The translations under genes and the position numbers were made by a program. This document shows positions 13,701-26,162 of a stretch of 64,000 nucleotides of DNA, piece by piece. Location: the NCBI GenBank assembly GCA_030141605.1, contig JAQGDQ010002380.1, forward strand, positions 248,001 through 312,000, written 5' to 3'. The DNA comes from Tubiluchus corallicola (Eukaryota > Animalia > Priapulida). Within the stretch, counting starts at the first letter, position 1, and the number at the start of each line of letters is the position of its first letter. Under the pieces are notes generated by a model. The model ran no database searches, was not told the origin of the DNA, and worked only from the letters and a program-made list of their open reading frames with translations.

Positions 13701-16334
13701 GGAAGTTGCTCCCAACACGTATTTCTCCTTTATCAGCTAGCAAAGTTTTCTGCGTCGGATCATAGACTAATGAGTAGAAGAAAGCATCATCTCTGTCTAA
13801 GTAGCTGTTCAACGATTCAGTCTCATTTAGTAAGGCAACCGAGCATTTACCTCTGATATGTGTGGCAGGGAGTGTTTCAACCTAAATACAAAATAAATTG
13901 TGATAAGCACAGTTTAGATTGTTGTAACTTGAGCTTGTTAACGAAGTTATATTGAAGTTCATTTCTGAACAAATTCTGAAAGTAAGCAATTAATCAAGTT
14001 AAGCATTTTATCATTACTAGGGTTCAATCAAAAAATGCTTCTTAATAGTGTTTCCATGGGTACAATGCACCCAAGTAATTCATCACATTGTTTACTACCA
14101 GTGCCTGATAGTTCTACCCAATTCACACAATGAAAATGCAAACGTTATTGTTAAGACGATATTGATCATTTAAGAATTTAAAATATAAAGGCCACCTTCT
14201 GCTGCACACTTCTGCAGTAACAGACAATTAACTGCTGCCTTGGCAGTGCCCAAGGCTAACAGCCAGATGACAGATGACGCCACTTTTGACATAGAGGTGA
14301 CTTACAAAAAACAATTCATTACGATGAGGCTAACTATCCAAATAAAACTATTTATTAAAGGAAAAGCTGATGATTGTTTAGACTCAATCTCATTTTAATT
14401 TACTGTCCAAAATATAAATTTTCTTGCCAATGAAAGTTAGCAATTGTCTCTTATATTTGAATAATAAGCTTAGAAAGTTAATTAATGGCAACCAAACACA
14501 ACTATTGCTTACGTCAGAAACTAATCACAGTTTGGGCAATGGCAGGTATCTTCCCTTGCGTGTCAAGCACATTTACAGTGTTATAGTACTGCGATGTCAC
14601 GAAAATGGGCTCTATGTCATATGACGTCAGAAACTAACACTGCAGTTCATGATCATGGTTGTCACGGTAACGCCTTCTATTTGGCGGTCACATGCATGTG
14701 ACAAAAAGGCGCTGTTGCCAATCTTAGTAGATTCACTGAGCCGTGCATAGCTTTGAAAGTTTAACAAAATTTGAGTATCCAAGGCAATTATTATTTAATC
14801 TCAGCTTTGATTTAAGAAAAGCTATTATAGTTTTCAATATTTTAGAGCACACTTTATTCTGAACTAATGTTTACCCAATCGTCCGGTTTTCCTTTAACAA
14901 TTAAAAACCTATTTCACATCACTAACAATGATATGAATACTCGGATTTTTTAGTTTAACAACACACAAAAAGGATAATATTGATTATTTCATTCCCCTAG
15001 CCTCTACAAGTATTAATAGACCTCAGCACAGTACCTAGGCTGACATATCTGACTCACTGATAAAAGCGTGTAATTAAGTAGTTCAGGAGTCTGACAGAAT
15101 AAAACAGCCAAATATGGCATGAAGCAAAACATTAACTTTCGTGAGTTTCAGCTCACGAGTTGTCCCTCAGCATGCAATAAATGAATGCTTGTTGTTAATG
15201 TAACAGTGCAGTTAGTTGACATATACCAACGTTGCTTTTATTTTAATAATATAAATGACTTTAATTTCTTCACTGCTGTTGTATCTTAACAATTGTGCAC
15301 CCAGGTACCCGACAATAATAATAATAATAATAATAATAATAGTAATTTTATCTTCCTCCATAAATATACAATGATTTGACAATAAAATACACAAAAATAC
15401 AAACGAACATAGGAAAAAGGGTGGCGAAAAACCAAAGGTTATCGAGTCAACCACCCTTCTCAAAGGACAGTAAACAAAAGGATGCTAATGACACTAGACA
15501 CAACTATATTAAAAAATACATAAACGTGCAGAAATACAAAAACAAAAATACAACAGCAAAAAAAATCAAAAACCAAAAACCATGACAAATTTGCAAACTA
15601 CTAAGCAACTCATAGAAAGTGAGTTTGCACCTTATAAAAAATGTTTTTTATAAGGTGTAAGGAAAATGGTATCGGTGTTAGATTTCTTCTGCACTTGTAA
15701 ACACTACTTCCTAATATTACATTTTGATACTAAGACCTTACACAAAGTTAATTCCTGAGAAATTATGAACAGATTCAGTAAAACTAAGTGGTTGGAACAA
15801 ACCTGTAAACATGAAAACTGTGAAAGCATTAAAAATAGATAAAACTGTTTTGATAAAAATGCTAATCTACTACTATAACACATCTTAACTGCATAAATAA
15901 TAAATACACAGCTAAATAATAAAAAAATTGACAATTGCTTACCTGTCGGGAAAGAAAAAGTTCGCGATGCCGCAACTGATGGCTCTGTTTTTCAGACAGT
16001 TTATCATCATGCTCTTCTTCAAGAGCACTCTGATGTTTATCTGCCAGCATAAGCAGGCCTCCGGATATGTCCCGACGTCGATAAAAGCACATAACTTTAG
16101 CTTCAACATTTCCTGCAAAAACAGGTTGAGTAGCCAGTATAGCAACAATAACTTGGGCATATTTTCTACGTGCTTATCAGTGTGCAAGGATACATGCAGG
16201 AAATATTTTAAAAAAGTGTTCTACTTGCCCGTTTGTGTTTTATTAAGTTCTTCTATTCTGCGAATGAGGAATGGCGATGTTGAGGACGTCTCGAAGAAAA
16301 CGTAATCGCCGACTCGATACATGTTTGCTGCCAT
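1742..16334 (-). CDS. MTA1: Metastasis-associated protein (MTA1/2/3-like), NuRD complex scaffold; BAH-ELM2-SANT-GATA finger-C2H2 finger-R1; 12 coding exons, about 737 aa
   Basis: Coding exons in transcript order: 16334-16229, 16112-15943, 13881-13671, 12231-11998, 10291-10102, 9444-9241, 8461-8304, 7246-6971, 5432-5262, 4783-4640, 2229-2001, 1862-1742 (2214 nt, phases consistent; all GT-AG except one GC-AG). Translation starts [13 protein letters not shown] and contains [34 protein letters not shown] (ELM2), [33 protein letters not shown] (SANT), [24 protein letters not shown] (GATA), and ends QVVILD-stop. It cannot be assigned to a specific vertebrate paralogue. Confidence 0.96.
6739..6825. 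repeat. Perfect 42-bp tandem duplication
   Basis: AGAAATGGCTTCACTCTACCAATCTATAATTTATAAACTAAT occurs at 6739 and 6781. Confidence 0.95.
7628..8090. mobile_element. hAT-like MITE
   Basis: Ends CAGGGTTCCTAC ... GTGGGAACCTG, internal TTTTCC(A/C)TGAC repeats, and AGTGGA on both flanks (partial TSD). Confidence 0.65.
11085..11437 (+). mobile_element. 5S-headed SINE (SINE3-type) with a GC-rich body, inserted inside a MITE
   Basis: The 5S head continues into about 245 nt of GC-rich sequence. Flanked by the direct repeat ACTGTACTGT (11075-11084 and 11438-11447), a plausible target-site duplication. Confidence 0.65.
11089..11192 (+). pseudogene. 5S rRNA-derived sequence (pseudogene / SINE head)
   Basis: CTACGGCCAAATCACGTTGAAAACACCGGTTCTCATCTGATCACCGAAGTTAAGCAACATAGAGCCTGGTTAGTG..CGCCTAGGAATACCAGGTGCTGTAGGCTT follows metazoan 5S rRNA, but the segment containing box C (TTGGATGGGTGAC) is missing and there is no oligo-T terminator. 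Confidence 0.88.
12257..12986. mobile_element. Tigger/pogo-like MITE
   Basis: TIRs CAGCAAGTCTTCACTTAACGAC ... GTCGTTAAGCAAGGACTTGCTG with TA on both sides; subterminal CGAAACG/GTTAA repeats. A related end is seen near 20071 (ATAGCAAGTCCTCACTTAAC). Confidence 0.85.
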
Positions 16335-17099
16335 GTTGCTTGTTGTTCACGAGCTGCAATAACATTCAACATAGGTGTAGTAGCAGCCTGAGTAATAGCC
16401 TAATATGTCGTTCGAGAAACCCAGTGAAATGATTTGCTTAACCTATAGTTGAATTTCATTTTGGGAAAGAAGACAAAGCTCAGCAAAGTAATCACTTATA
16501 ATGCACTGATTTATAAAACTAAAATTTTCAAATTTTTCTTTTTCAATTTTATTTTAAAGTATTGCCTATATTATGACAGATCATAAGCTATTGCTGAACT
16601 GCACGTAATACATAGGAAAGATTTATGCAGAAGTGAAAAGCGGATACGAAGCAAACTTAAAACAGAAAATGATCAGTGAAGTGACATATAGCAGGCCAGC
16701 ACGACCCATCATTGGTGCAAGTTCGATGAAAGCCAACGATGCTGAAGGACTCGTCTCCAGTAATCTCACCGTTCATAGTCAGCTTTTATGTTCATGTAAA
16801 TTATTTCATTTTAATGTGCGAATAAAAAATTGAATTGAATTGTACAATAGGAGTAGCTTAACCAACGATGAATTACGGATGTGGAAAAGTTACAAGTGAG
16901 AACATTAATATTATAGACGCAAATTAAATGAAATTAAAATGCATAACAATATGGTTACCAGCGTGTAATTAAGTGTAGCTTTTCCTCTTACAAATAAGGA
17001 AAATGCAAATAAAATCGCAGTCTCACAAAAACTTTTTGTTAACACATTTCTTTATGAAAATTCTATATTAAGAAACAAGAGAACATTCAAAAAAACTGT

Positions 17100-17150
17100 T
17101 CACTTATTGAAGCCGAAGCGCATTGTGGGAATTTGTTTACAAGATGGAGT
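17100..17150. promoter_or_regulatory. Candidate bidirectional promoter core (MTA / SRPBCC gene) with ZNF143/Staf-like and YY1-like motifs
   Basis: GCATTGTGGGAATTTGT (17120-17136) resembles the reverse-complemented Staf-binding site, and AAGATGG overlaps the ATG at 17144. It lies between divergent start codons about 810 bp apart. Confidence 0.55.
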
Positions 17151-19641
17151 AAGCGGTTACTATGTTTTTATCTCATCTATCCTGTTATAGATTTTTATTT
17201 TATAGCAAATAAATTGCATGACAGTTTGTTACTTTTTACACGTTTTATTGTTGCATGACCGTCAGTTTGTTATGAGCAACATTTTAAGAGTAAACAGACT
17301 GATTCGAATACACTTACTATGACCTACAATACTGGTTTTGCTTTGGCTTGGAGTAGTACCGTACAATCGTAGCAGCAGTAATACTGCAAGCGTAAAGCCC
17401 TGAGCTTGTGTGTGACACTAATAAGTATTTTATTTAATAATTGCACAACTTATTGTAGTTCAGTAGATGACTCTGGGTTAGGAGATCAGCTAAAAATTGT
17501 AAAGAATAATTGTCGTGGAAGCGCATGTGGTGATGCAGAGAATATCCACAAAACTGAAAACATGGTTGCTGTTGAGGAAAAAAATGATAACTGCGGAAAG
17601 CATTTCGAAAGCAAGAACAGTGAAGAGAAGAAAACCAGTGACATAAAAAGTCAACCAAAAGCAGAGAATATGAATGATGAAGAAGAGCATAAGAAGTCAA
17701 AAGTGGAACCAAAAGATTGTGAGGATACAAAATCAGACAACTTGAAAGAAGCCACTGAGAATGACGAAGTACTATACGAAACGGCTGATGACAACGAAGT
17801 GCATTTGAAAAAATCATGGAAGGAGGGATACTTGTATGTAATTTGCAGCTAAATTTCAGATAATGAAAATTTGTATACACCTTATATTTTATATAAACAT
17901 TCACTTTCTTCATTTAGAAATTAGGGTTTTAATCAATATGCATATGTGGCTGCACTTTTTTTAAAGTCTACGTAGAACTCTGTCTTACCTTAACTTGAGT
18001 TGCCTGTGATATTCATTAACGTCCACAAATCAGTGAAGTCACTCCAGTACTTTTTTATTGTGGTATCGAGTAACAGCACTTGTTTATTTTTACACACTAC
18101 AAGAACTTCTGAACTAGTCAGTCCAGTTTGTACGGACCTGTCAGCCTCAAGATGCAGCAAATCTGGATATTTCTCAAAGGGTTAAAAAGCCTGTATGTTT
18201 CTTAAAAAAGCCCGGACTCTTTGTACTCCAGATTTTTTTGACATCCACTTGTTAAAAAAGTGAAGCTACCACATCATAGATTATATTTAAGATCAATAAT
18301 AACTTGGCCATTCCAAAATTTTTGAATCATAATATCCTGTTCAAAAAAATTGACTGGGCACTGATTGCAATAAAATGAGACAGTTTTTGGGTTCTTTTCA
18401 TTGTGAAATGAGCTTATTTAAGTTATTACAGGCTGCTCAGATGTGGCGGCATTCTAAACTACTTTGTGAAAGAAAAATTTGGTATTTTTTAGTTTTAATT
18501 AGTATAGCTGGTGGCCAAATTCTGCATAATGTGTACTGCATTTTTCTTTATTTTTTGATAATAGGTATTATATTAATTGTTTCAATGCAGCAGAGAAATT
18601 AGCTAAAACTTCATAGCGTAGTGCTGTGTATTTTGTTTAGCATGGACCAGTTTTCGCAAATTTTAATTTTTGCCTGTCAATTATCATTAAAAACAAAACT
18701 TAGTGGAATTTGCAGGGCTTGAAAAGATCTACAAAATGGTATAAAGTTTGTATGTTTAGCGCATTTTCAAAAAAAGTACAGTCAAAGAGTGGACATTTTT
18801 GCATAGTTACTAATGCCATATTTAATCAAGGTTGGTTTCACTACATTATGTGAAAAATTTGTGACTATTTTATAAACTGCAGCTCTAGACTCCTATGTAG
18901 AGCTTTTTGTATACTTGACGAGAACTTTCGACCAAGTAAACAACTGATACCTTTTCAGAAAAATGCCAAGTTGGAAGTTTGTTGTTCCCAGCTGTATTAT
19001 TGTTGCTGTCATGGCCGTCCTCGCACAAATCGAGTTTCCAACACAACTAATCCTGCTGGAAAAAACAGTAGCACTACCTGCAACTATTGATGAGGTATTT
19101 AACATGGTTTCCGATCTTGAAAAGTTGCCTGAGGTTTGTATCAATCTGTTAACTTTGTCAATCTGAAATAAACGTTTATTAATCGTAAAGGAGTTAATCA
19201 ATTTACAAACATTACATTGCTTTATCTTGTATATGCCAAGCTGTTTGTTTTTGTGAACTCTCTTTCTAATGTCATGGTCTAGTTTTTATAAAAGGTTTAA
19301 GGTTTACATTAATGCTCTTGATAATAAAAAGCTCTATGAAACTACTTATACTGGTAGCATAGTTCTAATGGAATATCATAGACTTTAAGGATTATCATAG
19401 ACTCACTGATTGTTTGTTTAAAAGCTACTGTAATGCTTGTATCACGCAAGACTCTTGCATTATTTGAGTGTAACATTTACAATAACACCTGCGTCATGTT
19501 GAATATTTTATTCTTCCGGTGGCTGCCACATTTACGACCTTACAGATTTTTTGTGGCAGTCTCCTTGACATGTCGTTACATTGTATACGTAATATTTTAC
19601 ATCGAATATTGTAAAAATAAATTGTCTACTATTACTACTAT

Positions 19642-19728
<87 letters not shown>

Positions 19729-21671
19729 CACTACCACTACCACTACCACTACCACTACTACTAATGTGATGTAGAATTACTTATATAACCACTTTCCAAG
19801 AAACTGACAGTTTAATGTGCTATATTTCTATTTTAGTGGATGCCTGAAGCTGGAATGGTAATAGCGCAAGATAGCCTACCCATAGGCAAAGAAAAAACGT
19901 ATAGTATCATTACTTCGGCACCAATCGGACGTACGTTGTGATTGTTTGCATTAAATTTTCATGGGTCACTTGACCACTTTTTAGTTTATTTTCATATATT
20001 CACTAATAGTAGTTACATAACTCTTTTCAGCAAGGTGTTAAAATTTAGTATGACATTTTCTCATTGAAATATAGCAAGTCCTCACTTAACATCAGGAATT
20101 GATTTAGTAAAGTATATAGTATCAACAAAATTGTTGTCAAGTGAAGCCATACTGTCAGGGGAATTAGTATTAATACATGGAAGATTGGATGTGTATAAGT
20201 CTTGATAGTTTGTGAGCTTCATTACTTACATTTACACAGACTATTTCTGGAATACTAATTGCAGTAACTGGCGATTACCCCATTTGAATAAAATTTGGGT
20301 TATTTTGTGGCAGTTTCTTGTAGCGCAGTGTAATAAATTATTGACTTGAATTTCAAGAATAGTTTATAATTTAGGTATTACTGTTGTAGATTCCTTTGTT
20401 GTGCACTGTTCACTTATGATGTTTTATCTTTTCCTCAGCCTAAAATGCAAACAAGATGACTGTAGCCTATACATATACCCTAAAAGGCAATGCCTTCTTT
20501 ATGCGACAGTTTCATCATGCATCATCATATCATTTGTAAGAGGGGGGGGAAGCATCCGCCGCCCTCCCAGAAGAGAACTCCCAAGTACAGAACATTTGTA
20601 GTTCCTAGTCACATGAAAAACCAAATTAGGTGCACTCTGCAAGCAGCTAGATTTTAACTGTGTTCCCCTGCATGATTTTGCATTTTAGCTGATTGAGTTT
20701 GCCAAAAGTATCTTGGCACTCTAAGTAACAAAGCTGGCAGCCAAGTGTGTTGCGTGAATCAGCAACCAACAGTTCGCATGCTTAAACAGTATTTCTGTTA
20801 TTAGAACATCAAAACCTAAGATGATAATTTTAATCCCTAGATGTTTCTTTGTAAGTGTAAATATGTGCTGTGCCTCGAGTTCTTTTCTAAGTAGTGTGAA
20901 ATGGGAATTACTTGCTATTCAAACTGAGGATTTTCCTTTGTTAAAACCAAATTACAACCATCGAATTTTCAAGAACTTGAGTCTGAAATTATTAACTATA
21001 TGTTTTTTTAATGCAGCTGGTTTTCGTTCCTATGCAAAAATCAGAAAGTTTAAAGCACTTGAGCATATCGAGTACGTTATAGAGTCACTGATTTTTCCTC
21101 GTCGAATCACTTTTGATTTCAACACTGAAAAAGATTCAACCCTTAAAAGAAACCTGACCCGATTAACAGTAAAGATGGATGTCGGAAAGATGAGCTATCT
21201 TTATCGGGTGAGTGTACGCATTGATGGTACATGTTAGTAGTTTTCCTTTCGTCTCCTAGAATTATATTTTTTTATGTTTTAATGCAGTTGCCACTCTACA
21301 AGCCAAGATCCTGGACTCACCTGCTGTGCTGATGGTTGTGGCTGGACTGAAACATAGCTCATTGTCTAGGATAATCTTCTGATGTGAGACACTAAAGTGG
21401 CAAATGTATCTTTTCTCAGATTCACCTACAATCTTCTTTAAACTGCCAGCATTCTAAAGACTGATGACAATGTGGCAAGTTAAACTTCCCAGAAGCTGTA
21501 TTCTAGTGATCACCCAGCCATTTGCTAACCAGGTCTAGCAGTACTTACCTTGCAATCGTTGTATTAATTTTGCAACTTTTTTTATAGTACACTATTCATC
21601 CCTGCCTGTCATTTGTTGCTGGTAATTCAGTGCGTAATGGATTATTCCGATTACTGTGGACATTTCAATGA
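17144..21671 (+). CDS. Uncharacterised membrane-anchored SRPBCC/START-superfamily (polyketide cyclase-like) protein, about 307 aa, 6 exons
   Basis: Exons 17144-17148 (ATGGA|GTAAGC), 17459-17833, 18959-19133, 19837-19930, 21017-21207, 21588-21671; phases are consistent (924 nt). Charged low-complexity N-terminus, hydrophobic segment WKFVVPSCIIVAVMAVLAQIEF, then EKTVALPATIDEVFNMVSDLEKLPEWMPE, which matches the SRPBCC N-terminal pattern (AP.e.Vf..v.D.e..peW.P). First and last exons are less certain. Confidence 0.72.
19626..19763. repeat. (TAC)n / (TACCAC)n microsatellite
   Basis: Read directly; it explains the poly-Thr ORF 19433-19774. Confidence 0.98.
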
Positions 21672-21986
21672 CAACTGGAGGACGGGGAAGGTGGAGACTA
21701 TGTGCAAGAAGACATCTTTCTTGCTCAAAAGCAATAGACGTGCTGCATTGAATCATTGTTATAATACAAAATCCAGTATCATGGTTTTCAAGTGACTTCT
21801 CACAATATTTCAAAACAAGAATTGTTTGCTTTATCCAAATTTTTATCAGATTGGAAATATAGGCAGCTTAAATGGGCAGAGCTTTAAGAAATCTGATAAA
21901 GTGCAGTACAACACGAAAATATGAACTGCTTATAACCGCTCAACTGCAAAATAACGCAGTTCTTTGAGATTACATCTCCACTGATG

Positions 21987-22359
21987 CAGAACTGGGATGA
22001 TTCACTTAACCGGTTAATTTTTTATCGGTTAACCGATTAATCGGATCTAGGCAAAATCGGAGACCTTCTATAATTTGCTGACTGGATCAGTGGATAATCA
22101 AATAAACAAGAAATTTACAATGCAAACATATATCAGGAATATGTTCAAATAAGAGTGAAACTTTTATACATAGGAAGTGAAAAGTGTGTTTGTAAGGATG
22201 CCAAGCATTGTTTAACTAAGTGCAACACTTTCCTACATAGAAATGAAAAGTCTCTACAGTAAGGATGTGGTTAAGGTTCAAATTATTTATCATTTATATA
22301 TAAAGATCGGTCAACCGGTTAAAAAAATTTACCGATTAATTTCCATTAACCCAGCACTG
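21987..22359. mobile_element. hAT-like MITE downstream of the SRPBCC gene stop codon
   Basis: TIR CAGAACTGGG ... CCCAGCACTG; perfect 8-bp TSD CACTGATG (21979-21986 and 22360-22367); subterminal AACCG/CGGTT repeats. Confidence 0.85.
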
Positions 22360-24468
22360 CACTGATGTCTGAAGTCCAACAAAATCAAATGGGGATGTAC
22401 TTTAGTTAAACAATGTCGTTTTGTGAAAGTACGTTGTCAGTGGGAATTGTCCATGTGATAAGGCTAATACTAGTCAGTTCGAAGCCTTGATTCAGTCTCA
22501 ATGACTCTTGATCATTTATATATCATGCACTCAATTATAGCTTACATAATTCAGGTTATACTAGCACTTTTTACCATATGTCAATATGCTAACTTTGCAC
22601 TACTGACAAAAACTAGTTTAAAGCTAAAAATTTAAATCTTAGCATTCATTGGAATATGCTTATCTCTTATCAGTACCCTGAGACATTCATAGTGTCTATA
22701 CTGTAGTTTGTTAAATCATTCATAATCTAGAAAGCTATTACAGTAAGAACATTAATTCTGTTTTGATAGGAAAATAAAATTCTGCAAAAGACTGTGATGA
22801 ATCTAGTTCATTTAAATGAATCTCAAACGTATATAATGCCTATATGAACTATGCGTTTTTATTTATGTTTTAGAATAGTGTATGTATTGTAACTTGAATG
22901 TAGTATGTAGCTTAGAAGTATGTGTCACTTCACATTATTTACAATTCCGTCCATTGCAATATGCCTGTTCAGCACACTATTTTTAAATAGGAAGCAATGC
23001 TGATGATATTATCCAGTAAGTTGAATATGTTACTTGTTATTAGATAGTTGCATAAACTGTGGAAAGCTAAAAAATCACTTCAAATAAAATGAAGTCCCAA
23101 GTGCATTTGAATAAATTATGTGCATTATAAATTATTATTATTACTAACATAAATAAAATTGCATTCCTAATGCAGGTTGTGTGGAATACATTGTGCCTTA
23201 TTTATATTGTGATTTACTTTCTGCTATAGTTTGCTCATGGTGTTACACTTTTTTCTATTTCTGTACTAATATTTTGCACTTTATTGAGCAGTTGCAACAA
23301 AGCCCGACTTTATGTATTAAGGTTGTTATCATAATATGCAGTTTAATAATGCACGTTACCTTATTATCAGTTTAATAATGCACGTTTATGACAATAATTG
23401 TAACACATTAACTTTTATATGCAATAGAAGTATGGGGCAGACATAAAAATACCAAAATTGAAGTGAAATCAGATGTTCCAAACTTACTGTTAGGCCCTAC
23501 ATGACATATAGTTTGTATTATTGTTGAAAATGCAGTGCTTGTAAGAGTGAGTTTCCAAATGTTTCACAGTCATTCTCACTAGTAATTACAACCTTTTATT
23601 GGGTATAGTCTATTGTTTTTGTGCAATGAGGTGGCTGTTACATAATATTATTTTCTTTACATGCATTTGTTCAAATAGTTACTTTTACACTGTTTTTGAA
23701 TTTGTCGGGGAAGCTGTGTAGCAAATGAGCATTGAGGGACCAACACTATTTGTGAGACAGTCTGCCTTACCTATTTTTGGATCATTCCACTTTATGCTAG
23801 ATAATGGTTTGTTCATTCACCAATTTAACTTTTGTGTGAATAAATTTTTGCAATTTGCGCACAAATTTTGATTTTGATTTGACTTAATTCATTCCAGGTA
23901 ACTTTTTCCAAATCGTAGTGTTTCAGAAACCACTAGTTTTGTTGGGTAAAGCGGGCCTATTTCTTATTCTATTTGATAACCCTAACCTTTAACTTCATCA
24001 AATTAAAGTTTGGTGTTTGATTATAAATATTAGGTTCTGTTATCGAGTCTCCAATACAAACAATACCCCTGTCAGGTATTAATGTGTGATTAATTTAAAA
24101 TCTGTAGCTCTACTCCATGCAATTAAATAAAACTAAAATTTAAATGGTCTTTAACTCTATATACACTAAGATCAGTAGTTTAACGATTAATATAAAGTGT
24201 GATAGTCTCAGTACATAGCAAATTTTTTCACTGGAATTTTATTTTTTCACAATCCAAAGCAAAAATTTGCAGTAACCGATTTAATAAAATGAGTAAATTC
24301 AATACTCGTGTAAAAATAAATTTTTGCATAATTTCAACAGGTGTTAATCTATCTACATCACAATTAAATATCAAATTTGCTATAAAAATAAATTTCAGGA
24401 ATCTACAGCATGTATGATAGGTCATCATCCCACTTTAAAACATCACACCCCACTCAAGTATCCATTCC

Positions 24469-24975
24469 AAATCTAAAACCAATTCGTATTTGACTAAAAC
24501 ACCATTAGTTTGAAAACTGATCTAATTGTTGATATGAGCAAACCTTTGGTTCCCAACTGGAATGCAAAATGTGCCATAATTGAACATACGGTAATGTCCA
24601 ACCCCCTTTTGCTGCTTATTTAAGAACGATTTGTCTTATTAATAGTGAAGTTACTACACAAAATCAAGTAAAAAATAGCAATAAAAGAAAAGATGCTTAA
24701 AAAACAGGCAATGATATGTTAAACGTCTAGTAATCAGTTTCTTATAACACTAAATCTAAAACCATTTGGTATTTAACTAAAACATTAGTATGAATGCTAA
24801 TTGTTGATATGAGCAAAGCTTTCGTTTCCAACTGGCATGCAAGATGTGTTGTACAATAACTGAACACGGTAATCTCGATTCCTTTTAACAAAAATGAAGT
24901 TCAATACAATCAAGTAAAAAGTAGCAAACAAAACAAAAAGCATTAAAAAACAGGGAATGGTGTGTCAAACACAGT
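24469..24975. repeat. Diverged tandem duplication, about 283-bp period, downstream of the PBLD stop codon
   Basis: AAATCTAAAACCA.TT.GTATTT.ACTAAAACA...TAATTGTTGATATGAGCAAA at 24469 and 24752, colinear through AATCAAGTAAAAA..AAAAAACAGG.AATG. Confidence 0.85.
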
Positions 24976-25118
24976 AAATAGTAAATTATCGAGCTAGCAT
25001 TCTTAAAGCAAAAGACGTAAATCGGTTTGTTTATAGTGAACAGAACCTTGCACATGTCTGTCTTTGAGTACCATACATCAACTTTCTTTCTGAAGAACAG
25101 AAGTAAATCGTCTCAAGT

Positions 25119-26130
25119 CTAGATACCAGGCACATTCATCCTGCCTTCCACGACTATAACTGCTTGTCCTGACACAGCCACCCTCCCATCTCCTTTCACA
25201 TCTATTGCCAAGTCTCCGCCACGTTTTGAACACTGGCGAGCTGAAAAAAAAACAAGCTGGTGTTAAATACTACGATTCTTTATTCGTCTGATAACCTGAC
25301 AATTCTAGTTTCCCAACTTTGCTTGAATGACTGTTGTTGCTGGTCATTGCTATTTACTTAGCTAATTACGGTTGCTAATTTTCCAATTTTTGCAAAGTTA
25401 GTAGAATGTTTTTGACTGACAATAATGCAAAAATGATAAGTCTGTTGCACTAAAATCGCATAAAACGAAAAAATTATTTGAGTAATTTGTATATGACTTG
25501 AGATGTTAACTGAATGCTATTGAACTCTAAAAGGACATCAACAATCACAAATATAAGTGTGCCCATGCAAGTCTTGTTTGCTAAATGGTATACACACAAC
25601 ATGCCATCTGCATTAAATACACAAAGTGCTATTAAATCCAAATAAGAAGTTGTTAGTTTGACTGCTGGTAGGTTTTTCTTTTAGGCGGTGAATGTCAGAT
25701 ACAAGTTTACAACAAAGCACAAAAACCTGTGAAAATATCTGATAATTTAAAAAACTGATTTTAAAATTAGTTATAAAATGATAACATTGTCGCACGAAAG
25801 TAGAAGTAAGTCTACTTAGAAATATGAGTTTTTTTTACTAAATTATGGATGTTTCGATATCCCACAATAAGGGAATTAATTAGAAAACTAAGCTAGTTAA
25901 CAGTCTAATTTAATAATCTAATAGATACACTACTATGTTCACGTGCTAACCATTAATGAAAGATTTTATTCCTATAACTAAGTACAGTTCTATGTATACT
26001 ATAGTAACTAAGTATAGTAACTGGATGATGCTCGAAAATAAGAAATTCTGTGATGACGAAATTTACCTGCATAATAGGAGAAATGAGTTCTAATATTTTA
26101 AAGTATGGGGTTAGTGCTATACTCATATAT

Positions 26131-26162
<32 letters not shown>

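Noticed and set aside
19433-19774. Poly-Thr (mucin-like) ORF
   Set aside because: Translation of an intronic (TAC)n microsatellite, with no supporting splice sites.
21420-21464. Alternative last exon of the SRPBCC gene
   Set aside because: It has an acceptor but gives only 14 polar residues, whereas 21588-21671 supplies the expected C-terminal helix. It cannot be fully excluded as an isoform.
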